DNA from: Longimicrobiales bacterium
Lineage (GTDB): Bacteria > Gemmatimonadota > Gemmatimonadetes > Longimicrobiales > Gaopeijiaceae
Direction of reading: 5' to 3'
Length of the DNA: 64,000 nt
Assembly: GCA_965219445.1 (NCBI GenBank)
Contig: CBDCNQ010000004.1
Location: forward strand, 384,001 to 448,000
The translations under genes were made by a program, and so were the position numbers. A model generated the notes under the pieces. It did no database searches. It worked only from the letters and a program-made list of their open reading frames with translations, and was not told where the DNA came from. Shown in pieces: positions 1 through 8,288 of the stretch. The stretch's first letter is position 1, and the number at the start of each line of letters is the position of its first letter.

Positions 1-180
1 CAATTCCTGGGGGAGATCAGTGGCATCGAAGGTCGTGTGAGTCTGCGCGGTCCTTTCCGGTGGAGGGACCCCGAGGACCCCGATTCCGACCCGGGCGCGT
101 TCATCGCACACATGCACGAGGTCATGGTTGAAGAGTTGGCACGGGTGCGGGGGGCGGCCCCCGCGATTGCACTCCTCTAG
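1..180 (+). CDS. 3' end of a gene starting before the window (product uncertain)
   Basis: Frame 1 is open from base 1 to TAG 178-180 (QFLGEISGIEGRVSLRGPF...MVEELARVRGAAPAIALL*). Confidence 0.5.
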   Translation, partial: QFLGEISGIEGRVSLRGPFRWRDPEDPDSDPGAFIAHMHEVMVEELARVRGAAPAIALL

Positions 181-314
181 CCCCTCCAGCGCCCCTCATC
201 AGGTTATCCCCGTCCGTCAAAGGGCTTTTGTTTTCCCTAGGGCACGTGAAGTATTGGCACGGGCGTCAGGAGAGGATGACGCAATTTTCTACCTTCGTGA
301 TCAAAGGATCTGAA

Positions 315-959
315 ATGACCCAACACAAATTGGCATTTTCCTTCCCATGGATCGCGGCGCTGTTGATCGCGACCCCGGCCGTGGGGCAGTTGCTCAACCA
401 CCCCGTCCAAGCACTGCCGGTGGGTGATGCCGCTGGAACAACCCACTTTTTTGGGGCGCAGTGGGCCCGCGGACTCAATGATGACTCCGGAAAGGACAAC
501 TCGTTCGCAGCAGGAGTCGGAAGAGCAATGGAGAGGGTTTCCTTCATGGCAATGGGCGGCTACGTGGCGAGCGACCTCGACGAGTTGACGCTCGGTGCTA
601 ACGTGGCCGTTCACCTGCTCAGTGGCGACGGTACGCCCGTTCAGGTGAGTGTTCAGGGTGGCTTCGGTTGGGTGAAGTTCGATGACCCCGAAACGGTCAC
701 GAGCTTCCCGATCGGCGTAGCGCTCCAGGGCCGCCCCAGTGGCAATGCCACTACAATAACGCCCTGGGTGATGCCCCGTCTCGACATACAACACTCCTCT
801 CAGTTCAGCAGCACCGAAACGAACTTCGGCGCGGCGGCTGGTCTTTCGGTCAACAGCGAGGGCGGGGCCGGCGCTCACTTGGCGATCGATTGGGTGCACA
901 CTGACTTTTTCGACCCCATCAGGTTCGCCATCGGCGTGCACCGCATGGTGGGTAACTGA
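315..959 (+). CDS. Secreted hypothetical protein, probable outer-membrane beta-barrel
   Basis: AAGGA upstream of ATG 315; signal peptide (WIAALLIATPAVG); Gly/aromatic-rich alternating beta-strand pattern. Confidence 0.65.
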   Translation: MTQHKLAFSFPWIAALLIATPAVGQLLNHPVQALPVGDAAGTTHFFGAQWARGLNDDSGKDNSFAAGVGRAMERVSFMAMGGYVASDLDELTLGANVAVHLLSGDGTPVQVSVQGGFGWVKFDDPETVTSFPIGVALQGRPSGNATTITPWVMPRLDIQHSSQFSSTETNFGAAAGLSVNSEGGAGAHLAIDWVHTDFFDPIRFAIGVHRMVGN

Positions 960-1055
960 CCGTAACAAGGCTGCGTATTAGGCCCGCGTCTATGGTGTAG
1001 GGCAAACGCTGGTTAGGTGGCGTTCACCAACGTACGAACCAACAGCACGGGTCCA

Positions 1056-1385
1056 CTAGCGCCCTCGGAAAATCTCCAGTTCCTCGGCCGACGCGGTAAA
1101 CGTGTAGAACCCGTTCGTGACACGGACCGACTCTAGACCCATTTGCTCTACGAGACTGCCGTAAAACTGAACGTCAGAGGTGCTTGGGACTGGAACTCCC
1201 AGGGCCAGTAGGTCCCCATTCTTCTGCACCGTGTGGTTGTGGATCGCATACCAGTAGCTCCACCCATCTGCGAGAAGGCCATTCACGACCTCGAACCCGT
1301 AGACCTCTCTGGGCGGAAACATCTCCGACCCGGCTCCGAAGGCGACCAGTAGGTCTGGTCCGGTCTCAGTCTCGCGCCGAAGCAC
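1056..1385 (-). CDS. Hypothetical protein, possibly a 5'-truncated fragment
   Basis: 109-aa ORF with no clear RBS; the frame stays open upstream (DEPTEFLAS) into the repeat next to the tRNA. Confidence 0.4.
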   Translation of the reverse strand: MLRRETETGPDLLVAFGAGSEMFPPREVYGFEVVNGLLADGWSYWYAIHNHTVQKNGDLLALGVPVPSTSDVQFYGSLVEQMGLESVRVTNGFYTFTASAEELEIFRGR

Positions 1386-1475
1386 GGAGGCGAGAAACTC
1401 GGTCGGCTCGTCAATTTGTCCAAACTCATGTCCAACTCAGGAGCGGGCGATGTGGAAAACCGCTCAAAACCCTTA

Positions 1476-1559
1476 TGCCGGGAGGGGGACTCGAACCCCC
1501 AAGGGCCGAAGCCCGCCGGATTTTGAGTCCGGTGCGTCTACCAATTCCACCATCCCGGC
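1476..1559 (-). tRNA. tRNA-Leu(CAA), CCA not encoded
   Basis: Reverse complement is GCCGGGATGGTGGAATTGGTAGACGCACCGGACTCAAAATCCGGCGGGCTTCGGCCCTTGGGGGTTCGAGTCCCCCTCCCGGCA. Anticodon arm CCGGA-CTCAAAA-TCCGG, long variable arm, GTTCGAG T-loop. Confidence 0.97.
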
Positions 1560-1787
1560 GAATGACGAATAACGTCATTAGCGGCCTAGAACCTAACGTT
1601 TACAGTTTATACCCAAAAGTACCGTAGGCCCCATAAGGGGATGAAGGGAAGCCTGTCTCCACTGGTGCGACCCGGCACAAGACCCTAGTGTGCCAAACCA
1701 CGTGACCATCTTGGCCGCACAAGCTGGCGTAGGTGCTGAAGGCGAGGTCGAGGTGCCGCAGTTCATCAAAGCGATGATAGGATAGTA

Positions 1788-2396
1788 GTGATGCAACGCA
1801 TGCTCAGCCGGGTCCTCTGCACTGTCATCTTGTCGCTTCACATTGTCGCAGGGTCTGCGGCAGCTCAGACCGACTGGCCAACTCCACCGGACAACTGGTG
1901 GGCGGATCTCGACGACGGGGGATATCCGTCCGTGACTTTCGAGGTCAATATGGGGATGGTCATGACGATCACCCAGTCGATCGAGTCCATCGCGGGAACG
2001 CAGATCACGCTGTCGACGGCCGTATCGATGATGGGAAATGCGATACCTGGCCAGAGTCAGGTGATCGACGCGACGACCCTGACGCCCGAAGGCGGCATCG
2101 CGATGATGCAGGGGTTCGGGGGCCCTCCGTCCGCTAACCAGCCGACCCCCGAAGAGGCTCTGGCGGCTATGAACGCGTCGGTCGAGCGCATCGAAGACAC
2201 GACCTGTCAGGTCGGCGACCTAGAGCTCCAGTGCACGCTTTACGAGGTCGCTCTTGAGGGAATGACGAGCCGGATATGGCATGCGCCCGCAATCCCGCCG
2301 GTGTTCATGGGAGGTATCGTCAGGTCCGAGGCGAGTATGGCCGGTCAGTCGTTTGAAACGACCATGACGTCCTATTCCGGAACGCTCATGGAATAG
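1788..2396 (+). CDS. Secreted hypothetical protein
   Basis: 202-aa ORF with a signal peptide ending SAAA-Q; no family recognised. Confidence 0.7.
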   Translation: MMQRMLSRVLCTVILSLHIVAGSAAAQTDWPTPPDNWWADLDDGGYPSVTFEVNMGMVMTITQSIESIAGTQITLSTAVSMMGNAIPGQSQVIDATTLTPEGGIAMMQGFGGPPSANQPTPEEALAAMNASVERIEDTTCQVGDLELQCTLYEVALEGMTSRIWHAPAIPPVFMGGIVRSEASMAGQSFETTMTSYSGTLME

Positions 2397-2423
2397 AAAC
2401 CAGGAGTCCAGTCCGAGTTGAAG

Positions 2424-2783
2424 CTACCCCACCACCACCCGCCGTACCGTCTCACTCGAGAACCACAGCGGCGGCTCCCCTGGCCTGTCCGTTTCCACCT
2501 CGAACTCCTCACGCTCCCGCATCATCCGTCGGAACCAGCCGTGCGCATCATCGGCCGTGCGGATGCCGTAGGAGGGTGACAGACTGAACGTCACGTCGAT
2601 GGGCTCGAGGGGCCCGTCGGGATACTCGCAGCTGACCGTGAGGCGGGGACTGCGCACAGGCCGAGGCGGAGGAGAGATCAAGCCGTCGTTAGGGTCCCAT
2701 GAGTACGTGCTCCCGCGGGGTCCTACTCGTCCAATAGCATGTTGCGCCGCGCTAGGCAGCCAACGTCGTTGCTGTCGGCTCAT
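2424..2783 (-). CDS. Hypothetical protein
   Basis: 119-aa ORF with a strong RBS (AAGGAGG) before ATG. Confidence 0.6.
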   Translation of the reverse strand: MSRQQRRWLPSAAQHAIGRVGPRGSTYSWDPNDGLISPPPRPVRSPRLTVSCEYPDGPLEPIDVTFSLSPSYGIRTADDAHGWFRRMMREREEFEVETDRPGEPPLWFSSETVRRVVVG

Positions 2784-3043
2784 GGGTCCCTCCTTCGGTT
2801 AGCTGGCAGCTGCAAGTGGCGGGACCTAACGCAAGAAACGAACCCTCACCGAAATCCAGCGAAATGCGTTGAAACTCGGGGTCAAACCCGTAGGAAACAG
2901 GCGACGAGGTGTGGCAGCGGCGCCCCACCCCACTTACGATCAGCCGCTCAAGGCTCCGCTGCGTGCCAGCACTAGTCCGCTGCACACTAGCACTACATAT
3001 ATTCCCAGGTCACTGACGACACCTCACCATGCTGGAGACCTCC

Positions 3044-3529
3044 ATGCTCAACCACGTGACGTATCTCTACGGATTCAACCTCGGCTTCGCTGAAAGGCTC
3101 GTGAAGGACCTGTCGACCGAGCAGATGGCGGCACAGCCTGGCGGCGTGATCAATCATCCGGCCTGGTCGCTCGGCCATCTCGTAGTCTCGGCCGACCACC
3201 TCGGCCAGCTATTGGGACTCGACTCGAATCTGCCGGAGGGCTGGAGCGAGATCTTCCAGACCGGTGGGGAGCCACCCGGCGACGCGTCGGCCTATCCGAG
3301 CAAGGAAGAGCTCCTCGGAGCGCTCAAGAAGCAGCACGCCAGGAACGCCGAAGCAGTGAAGAACATCGATGCCTCACGGTTCGCCGAGCCTCACCCGAAC
3401 GAAGGATCACGGAAGTACTTCCCCACGGTCGGGGACATGGTCGTCTTCATGATGACGTCGCACGAGATGGACCATCTGGGACAGGTCGCCGCGTGGCGTC
3501 GCGCGATGGGTCTCGGTGCGGCGACGTGA
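3044..3529 (+). CDS. DinB/YfiT-family protein
   Basis: WSLGHL and HEMDHLGQV give the DinB His triad; GGAG precedes ATG 3044. Confidence 0.85.
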   Translation: MLNHVTYLYGFNLGFAERLVKDLSTEQMAAQPGGVINHPAWSLGHLVVSADHLGQLLGLDSNLPEGWSEIFQTGGEPPGDASAYPSKEELLGALKKQHARNAEAVKNIDASRFAEPHPNEGSRKYFPTVGDMVVFMMTSHEMDHLGQVAAWRRAMGLGAAT

Positions 3530-3551
3530 GTCAGGGACTGACCGCGCGCCC

Positions 3552-5129
3552 CTACCTGCCGACGTACTGGACCAGGTCGAACTCGGCGATAGAGACCACG
3601 TAGTCGATCATGGCCCGCAGCTCCGCGAGCCGGGCCGAGGTCAGCGCATCCTGGGCCAGGGCAACCTCGTAGTTCGTCGACGCCCCTACGTTGAACCTCG
3701 TCACCTCTACCTCTGCGGCACGCTCGAAGACCTCGCGGCTGCGTTGCGCGGCCTGAAGCAGAAGGAAGTTGTCGTTCACCGCCAGGCCGGCGTTGGTCAC
3801 GTCGGTAACGATGGCCAGCTCCTGGTTCCTCAGCGCCAGGTCCGTCTGCTCCAACTGAAGCTCGGCCCGCTGCAAGTTCGCCTTGGCGCCGTTATTTCCG
3901 ATGGGGTAGGAGAAGTTCAGGGTGAGGCTCCAGGTGGGGGCGTCCCGATCCCAGATGGAACCGAGCCCATCCAGATACCCGCCTGGCTGCACCAGCACCG
4001 CATCACCACCCAAGCCCGACCGATTGAAACGGTCCCCACCCACTCCCAGGACCGAATAGGCGGCCGTCAGGTTCAGGTCCGGGCGCGTGTTGTTTCTCGT
4101 CACCGCCAGGTCCAGCTCCGAGATCTGCCGCTGCTGCCGCGTCTGTATGAGGTCGGCGCGCTGCTCCAGCGCGATAGCGACTGCCGCATCGATATCGACG
4201 ACTTGCTGCACGAGGACGGGAAGGCCGGTGGGAATCAGCGTCTGGGTCAGGAGCGGGTCGTCGGCACCGCTCATCAGAAGCTGTTTCAAAACGAGCTCCT
4301 GGTTTCGCCACAGGATCTCCGCATTGAGGAGGGATTGTTCGGCACTGGCCACCTGGGCTTCCGCCTGGATCACCTGGAGGTCGGACAGCGTGCCGAGCTG
4401 GACCCGGATCGCGTTTTGCGCGAGCAATTCCTGGGCTTGGGCCAGGTTGCGGCGCTGAATCTCGATCTGCTCGATGGCCGCCCGCAGACCCCAGTACGCC
4501 ACCCTAATTCGGTTGGTGATGATCGCGATCTGGCGGGTCAACTGAATGTCGGAGATTTGGCCTTCGATCACCTGCGTCTCCAACGCCGTGCGCTGGTTGT
4601 CGGTCGAGAATCCCGCCAGCAGGGGTTGGGTGTAGTTTAAGCTGACGGTGGAGCGGTAGCTTGGATTGAGGGTCGAGAACGCGTTGTTCGTCTCTGTACG
4701 ACTATTGTTGAAATCGGTGCTCAGTCGGCCTCCATACCAAGGCAACGTCTTGGAAAGGGAGACGTTGTAGGTCTGACGTTGAGTAGAGGTCTGGGCGCCC
4801 CCGTCGAGCTGGCTCGTGGATTGGTTGGTGCTGTTGTTGTATCCGTACGTGCTGCTCAGTGTGGGGCTGAACGCGGCCTCCGCGGCCCGCAGAGCGTATT
4901 GCTGGATCTGAGGGCTGAGCCGCGCGGTCTGTATGTCCAGATTCGTTTCGAGGGCTCGTGTGATGGCGTCCTCGAGCGTGATGTCGACCAGCGTCCTACC
5001 CGGGTCGAGGGGGGGCAGGGCAGTGCCGACCTCGTACGGGTCCAACCCTTCCTGGCCCGACAAGCCCATGGGGATGACGAGCGCCAGGCCCACCAACCAC
5101 GCGGCGCAAAGATTGCTCTTCCCAGTCAT
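3552..5129 (-). CDS. TolC-family outer membrane efflux protein
   Basis: Signal peptide, TLEDAITRALETNLDI, and two OEP helical/beta repeats. Confidence 0.9.
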   Translation of the reverse strand: MTGKSNLCAAWLVGLALVIPMGLSGQEGLDPYEVGTALPPLDPGRTLVDITLEDAITRALETNLDIQTARLSPQIQQYALRAAEAAFSPTLSSTYGYNNSTNQSTSQLDGGAQTSTQRQTYNVSLSKTLPWYGGRLSTDFNNSRTETNNAFSTLNPSYRSTVSLNYTQPLLAGFSTDNQRTALETQVIEGQISDIQLTRQIAIITNRIRVAYWGLRAAIEQIEIQRRNLAQAQELLAQNAIRVQLGTLSDLQVIQAEAQVASAEQSLLNAEILWRNQELVLKQLLMSGADDPLLTQTLIPTGLPVLVQQVVDIDAAVAIALEQRADLIQTRQQRQISELDLAVTRNNTRPDLNLTAAYSVLGVGGDRFNRSGLGGDAVLVQPGGYLDGLGSIWDRDAPTWSLTLNFSYPIGNNGAKANLQRAELQLEQTDLALRNQELAIVTDVTNAGLAVNDNFLLLQAAQRSREVFERAAEVEVTRFNVGASTNYEVALAQDALTSARLAELRAMIDYVVSIAEFDLVQYVGR

Positions 5130-5252
5130 GGTGAATCCTCTTCTACGTTGATGGCAATGGATCTGATTCCACGCATCGCGAGATGGCGACTCTCACAATG
5201 TGGACACCGGCGACGCCCGGAATGTTAGGAGGAAATATCGTCAGAGGGCCTG

Positions 5253-5274
5253 CCCCGCCGTCTTCACGGCGGGG
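5253..5274. terminator. GC-rich hairpin, possible terminator of the 5330-5752 gene
   Basis: CCCCGCCGT-cttc-ACGGCGGGG is a perfect 9-bp stem; no U-tract. Confidence 0.4.
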
Positions 5275-5329
5275 TGAAAGGCCGCTCTCTTGGGGCTTAC
5301 CTGGAAGGAGTCCTGGAGGGTGTGTCCCG

Positions 5330-5752
5330 TTAGCGGGCCGTGAGCGTCGTCACTTCGATGACGCCACCCATAAAGCCGGTGCCGTACCTGGTGGTAGCGT
5401 CGGCGGGTGACAGGTACCGCATGCTCTGGACGTTCTCACTACTCATTACACTGAGCTCACGGAGCTCGCCACGGACGATTGAATCGACCACGACTCTCGC
5501 ATAAAAAGATCCGGGGTTATTAAAGGTGGGGCTTCGCCGGGGTTGTAACCAGCGCCGGCGAAGGTCCTCGACCGCGACCAAGACGGTCCGGCCCTGGAAT
5601 TCTACGAGCTCGGCTCGGACGATCAGGTTCGCGTTCCCCCGGGCGGGACTCGTTGCCGTTTGGCCCCCCTCACCGAAGGAGGTGCCGGAAGACGAAGCAC
5701 AGGCGGACACGACGAGCGCCAAGACGAGTAACGTGTAGCTACGGAAAGACAT
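5330..5752 (-). CDS. Small lipoprotein with a TonB-plug-like C-terminal domain
   Basis: Lipobox VSAC. The C-terminus (ENVQSMRYLSPADATTRYGTGFMGGVIEVTT) resembles a TonB receptor plug, with no barrel. Confidence 0.7.
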   Translation of the reverse strand: MSFRSYTLLVLALVVSACASSSGTSFGEGGQTATSPARGNANLIVRAELVEFQGRTVLVAVEDLRRRWLQPRRSPTFNNPGSFYARVVVDSIVRGELRELSVMSSENVQSMRYLSPADATTRYGTGFMGGVIEVTTLTAR

Positions 5753-5929
5753 GTGCCCCCCCCTCTCTCGGGTGTGGCTTCCAATTCGTACTTATAACCG
5801 GGCTCGACTCCGGCCTTGTCAAGTACCGGCAGTGTCCGACTCCGTGGAGAACCGGTAGAATCGAGACCGTCCTCCCCGGCTCTGCGGCGGGGCTGACCGA
5901 CGATTCCGTTTGATCTAGAAGGAAGAACT

Positions 5930-6316
5930 GTGCTCAAACAAGATTGGCCACCAGAAAGGGTGGCGAAGTTCCGGCAAGCAGGTTTCGTTTACCTGCACGT
6001 GGCCATTCTCTATGAGGCAGCGGTTTACGCGATGCTCGAGGCGGGCACGCTGCCCCTGCGCTTCGGCTCGCCGTGGGCTTGGCTCGTTGCCGGAGCCGCG
6101 GTGGCGGCGTTCGTATTTGTGGGTCTTTTCCATTGGCGAAACGTCTGGGTCGCCCGGATCGTGTGGGCACTGAATGGCATGCGAACGCCGTCCCTGATCG
6201 GAGGCGCCTTCTTCGCGTCACCCGACACCATGACCCCTCCAGCGTTTTATATGACGGCTCTCGTCGTCGTGGTCATCAACCTCTGGATGCTCGCGCGCGC
6301 CGGCTGGGACCTCTGA
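5930..6316 (+). CDS. Small integral membrane protein (about 4 TM)
   Basis: Hydrophobic 128-aa ORF directly upstream of the symporter. Confidence 0.7.
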   Translation: MLKQDWPPERVAKFRQAGFVYLHVAILYEAAVYAMLEAGTLPLRFGSPWAWLVAGAAVAAFVFVGLFHWRNVWVARIVWALNGMRTPSLIGGAFFASPDTMTPPAFYMTALVVVVINLWMLARAGWDL

Positions 6317-6349
6317 TGCGGCGATCCTCATAATGCGGCGATCCTGATA
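6316..6349 (+). repeat. 17-bp tandem duplication
   Basis: ATGCGGCGATCCTCATA / ATGCGGCGATCCTGATA (16/17 identical). Confidence 0.9.
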
Positions 6350-8152
6350 ATGCAGCTGTCGTCGCTCGACTGGTGGGTTCTGGCACTGTATGGAGTCACG
6401 ATCCTCATGTTGGGGATGGCCTTCGCCCGTCGGGCAGGCGGGGGCAGGGAGGACTACTTCCTCGCGGGGCGCTCCATGCCGTGGTGGTTGATCGGGACCT
6501 CCATGGTGGCCACGACCTTCTCGGCCGATACGCCCAACCTGGTCACCGACCTCGTGCGCACTGGGGGTGTGAGCCAGAACTGGGTTTGGTGGGCATTCGT
6601 CATCACCGGAATGTGCACCGTGTTCTTCTATGCCAAGCTCTGGCGGCGCTCCGGGGTGCTTACAGACATCGGATTCTACGAATTGAGGTACGCCGGGCGG
6701 TCGGCTGCCTTTCTGAGGGGATTCCGAGCGGTATACCTCGGTGTGTTCTTCAACGTCATGATCATGGCCACCGTGACGTTGGCGGCCATCAAGATCGGCG
6801 GGGTTCTACTGGGCGTCGACAAGTACACCGTGGTTCTTGTCGCCGGCACCGCCACTGTGATTTACTCCGCTAGCTCGGGCTTGTGGGGCGTCCTGGTCAC
6901 GGACCTGCTTCTTTTCACCATCTCGATGATCGGCTCCGTCGCAGCTGCGGTGTACGCCCTTCGGCTCCCGCAGGTGGGAGGGCTATCGGGACTGATGACG
7001 CACGCCAGCGTCACCGACAAACTCTCGTTTCTCCCCGACTTCTCGGATCCTACGACGGCCGCCGCAGTCTTCATCGTACCGATCGCGGTGCAGTGGTGGA
7101 GCACCTGGTACCCGGGTGCCGAGCCCGGAGGCGGTGGATACACCGCGCAGCGCATGCTGGCAGCGAAGGACGAGAAGCACGCGATGCAGGCCACTCTCTG
7201 GTTCAATGTGGCTCACTACGCCATTCGGCCATGGCCCTGGATCCTGGTCGCCTTGGCCTCGCTCATCGTCTACCCGACGCTGAGTGACCTCACGGCAGCG
7301 TTCCCGAACGTCGATCCCTCCGTCATCGGGAACGACCTGGCCTATCCGGCCATGCTCGTGTTCCTTCCGAGCGGCCTTCTCGGTCTGGTCGTGGCCTCCC
7401 TCGCTGCGGCGTATATGTCGACGATCAGTACGCACCTGAACTGGGGGGCATCCTACGTTGTGGATGACGTATACCGCCGCTTCGTGGCTCCGGACCGGGA
7501 GGAGAAAGACTACGTGATGATGGCCCGCATCTCGACGGTCGCGCTCATCGTTCTCTCGTCCTTCGTCGGCCTCCAGTTGGAGACGGCAATGCAGGCCTTT
7601 CAGATCCTCCTTCAGATCGGTGCCGGAACTGGGCTGGTGTTTCTGCTTCGGTGGTTCTGGTGGCGTATCAACACGTGGAGCGAGATCTCCGCGATGGTGA
7701 TCTCGTTCGTGGTGGCCGTGTATTTCGGATTCTTTCACGTGCGGCTCGGTTTCGCGAGGTGGGACCCTTCGGCGGAACTCGTGGTGGGTGTGGCCGTGAC
7801 GACCGTGGGTTGGCTCGCGGTCACGTTTCTGACGCCCCCGGTCGATACCGCTACGCTCCGGAGCTTCCAGGCCAAGATCCGACCGCTCGGAAAGGGATGG
7901 GACGTGATCGTACTCCCCGCCGACGGCGCCGGACAGGACCGTCCGGGCGAACGCGACTCGGGCTCGGGCGGCGAGCTCGCCGCCGGCCTCCTCTCGTGGT
8001 TCCTGGGTTGCGTAATGGTGTACGCCGCGCTCTTCGGCATGGGCTTTCTGTTATACGGAAATGTGGCCTGGGGAGTAGTCGGTCTGATCGTGGCGGCGGT
8101 GGCGGGCCGGGAAACCATGAAGCTGCTGCCCAGAGTCGGTTTCTTGACCTGA
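6350..8152 (+). CDS. Sodium:solute symporter (SSS) family protein
   Basis: DYFLAGRSMPWW, SMVATTFSADT, QRMLAAK and AAYMSTISTHLN motifs; many TM segments. Confidence 0.92.
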   Translation: MQLSSLDWWVLALYGVTILMLGMAFARRAGGGREDYFLAGRSMPWWLIGTSMVATTFSADTPNLVTDLVRTGGVSQNWVWWAFVITGMCTVFFYAKLWRRSGVLTDIGFYELRYAGRSAAFLRGFRAVYLGVFFNVMIMATVTLAAIKIGGVLLGVDKYTVVLVAGTATVIYSASSGLWGVLVTDLLLFTISMIGSVAAAVYALRLPQVGGLSGLMTHASVTDKLSFLPDFSDPTTAAAVFIVPIAVQWWSTWYPGAEPGGGGYTAQRMLAAKDEKHAMQATLWFNVAHYAIRPWPWILVALASLIVYPTLSDLTAAFPNVDPSVIGNDLAYPAMLVFLPSGLLGLVVASLAAAYMSTISTHLNWGASYVVDDVYRRFVAPDREEKDYVMMARISTVALIVLSSFVGLQLETAMQAFQILLQIGAGTGLVFLLRWFWWRINTWSEISAMVISFVVAVYFGFFHVRLGFARWDPSAELVVGVAVTTVGWLAVTFLTPPVDTATLRSFQAKIRPLGKGWDVIVLPADGAGQDRPGERDSGSGGELAAGLLSWFLGCVMVYAALFGMGFLLYGNVAWGVVGLIVAAVAGRETMKLLPRVGFLT

Positions 8153-8288
8153 CGCTCTAGGAGCCGGGGTGTTTTTGATGCAGCACCTTTGGTATTGTGT
8201 TCTTGTCACCCGCAGGGACCGTCCACTCGACAGCACAGGCGCCGCCGCGCCCTAGTTGAACGTGCGCACGCATAAACATTGAGGTTCA

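Noticed and set aside
2926..2948. CCCCACTTACGATCAGCCG as a further MITE end
   Set aside because: Too degenerate relative to the terminal repeat consensus to support.
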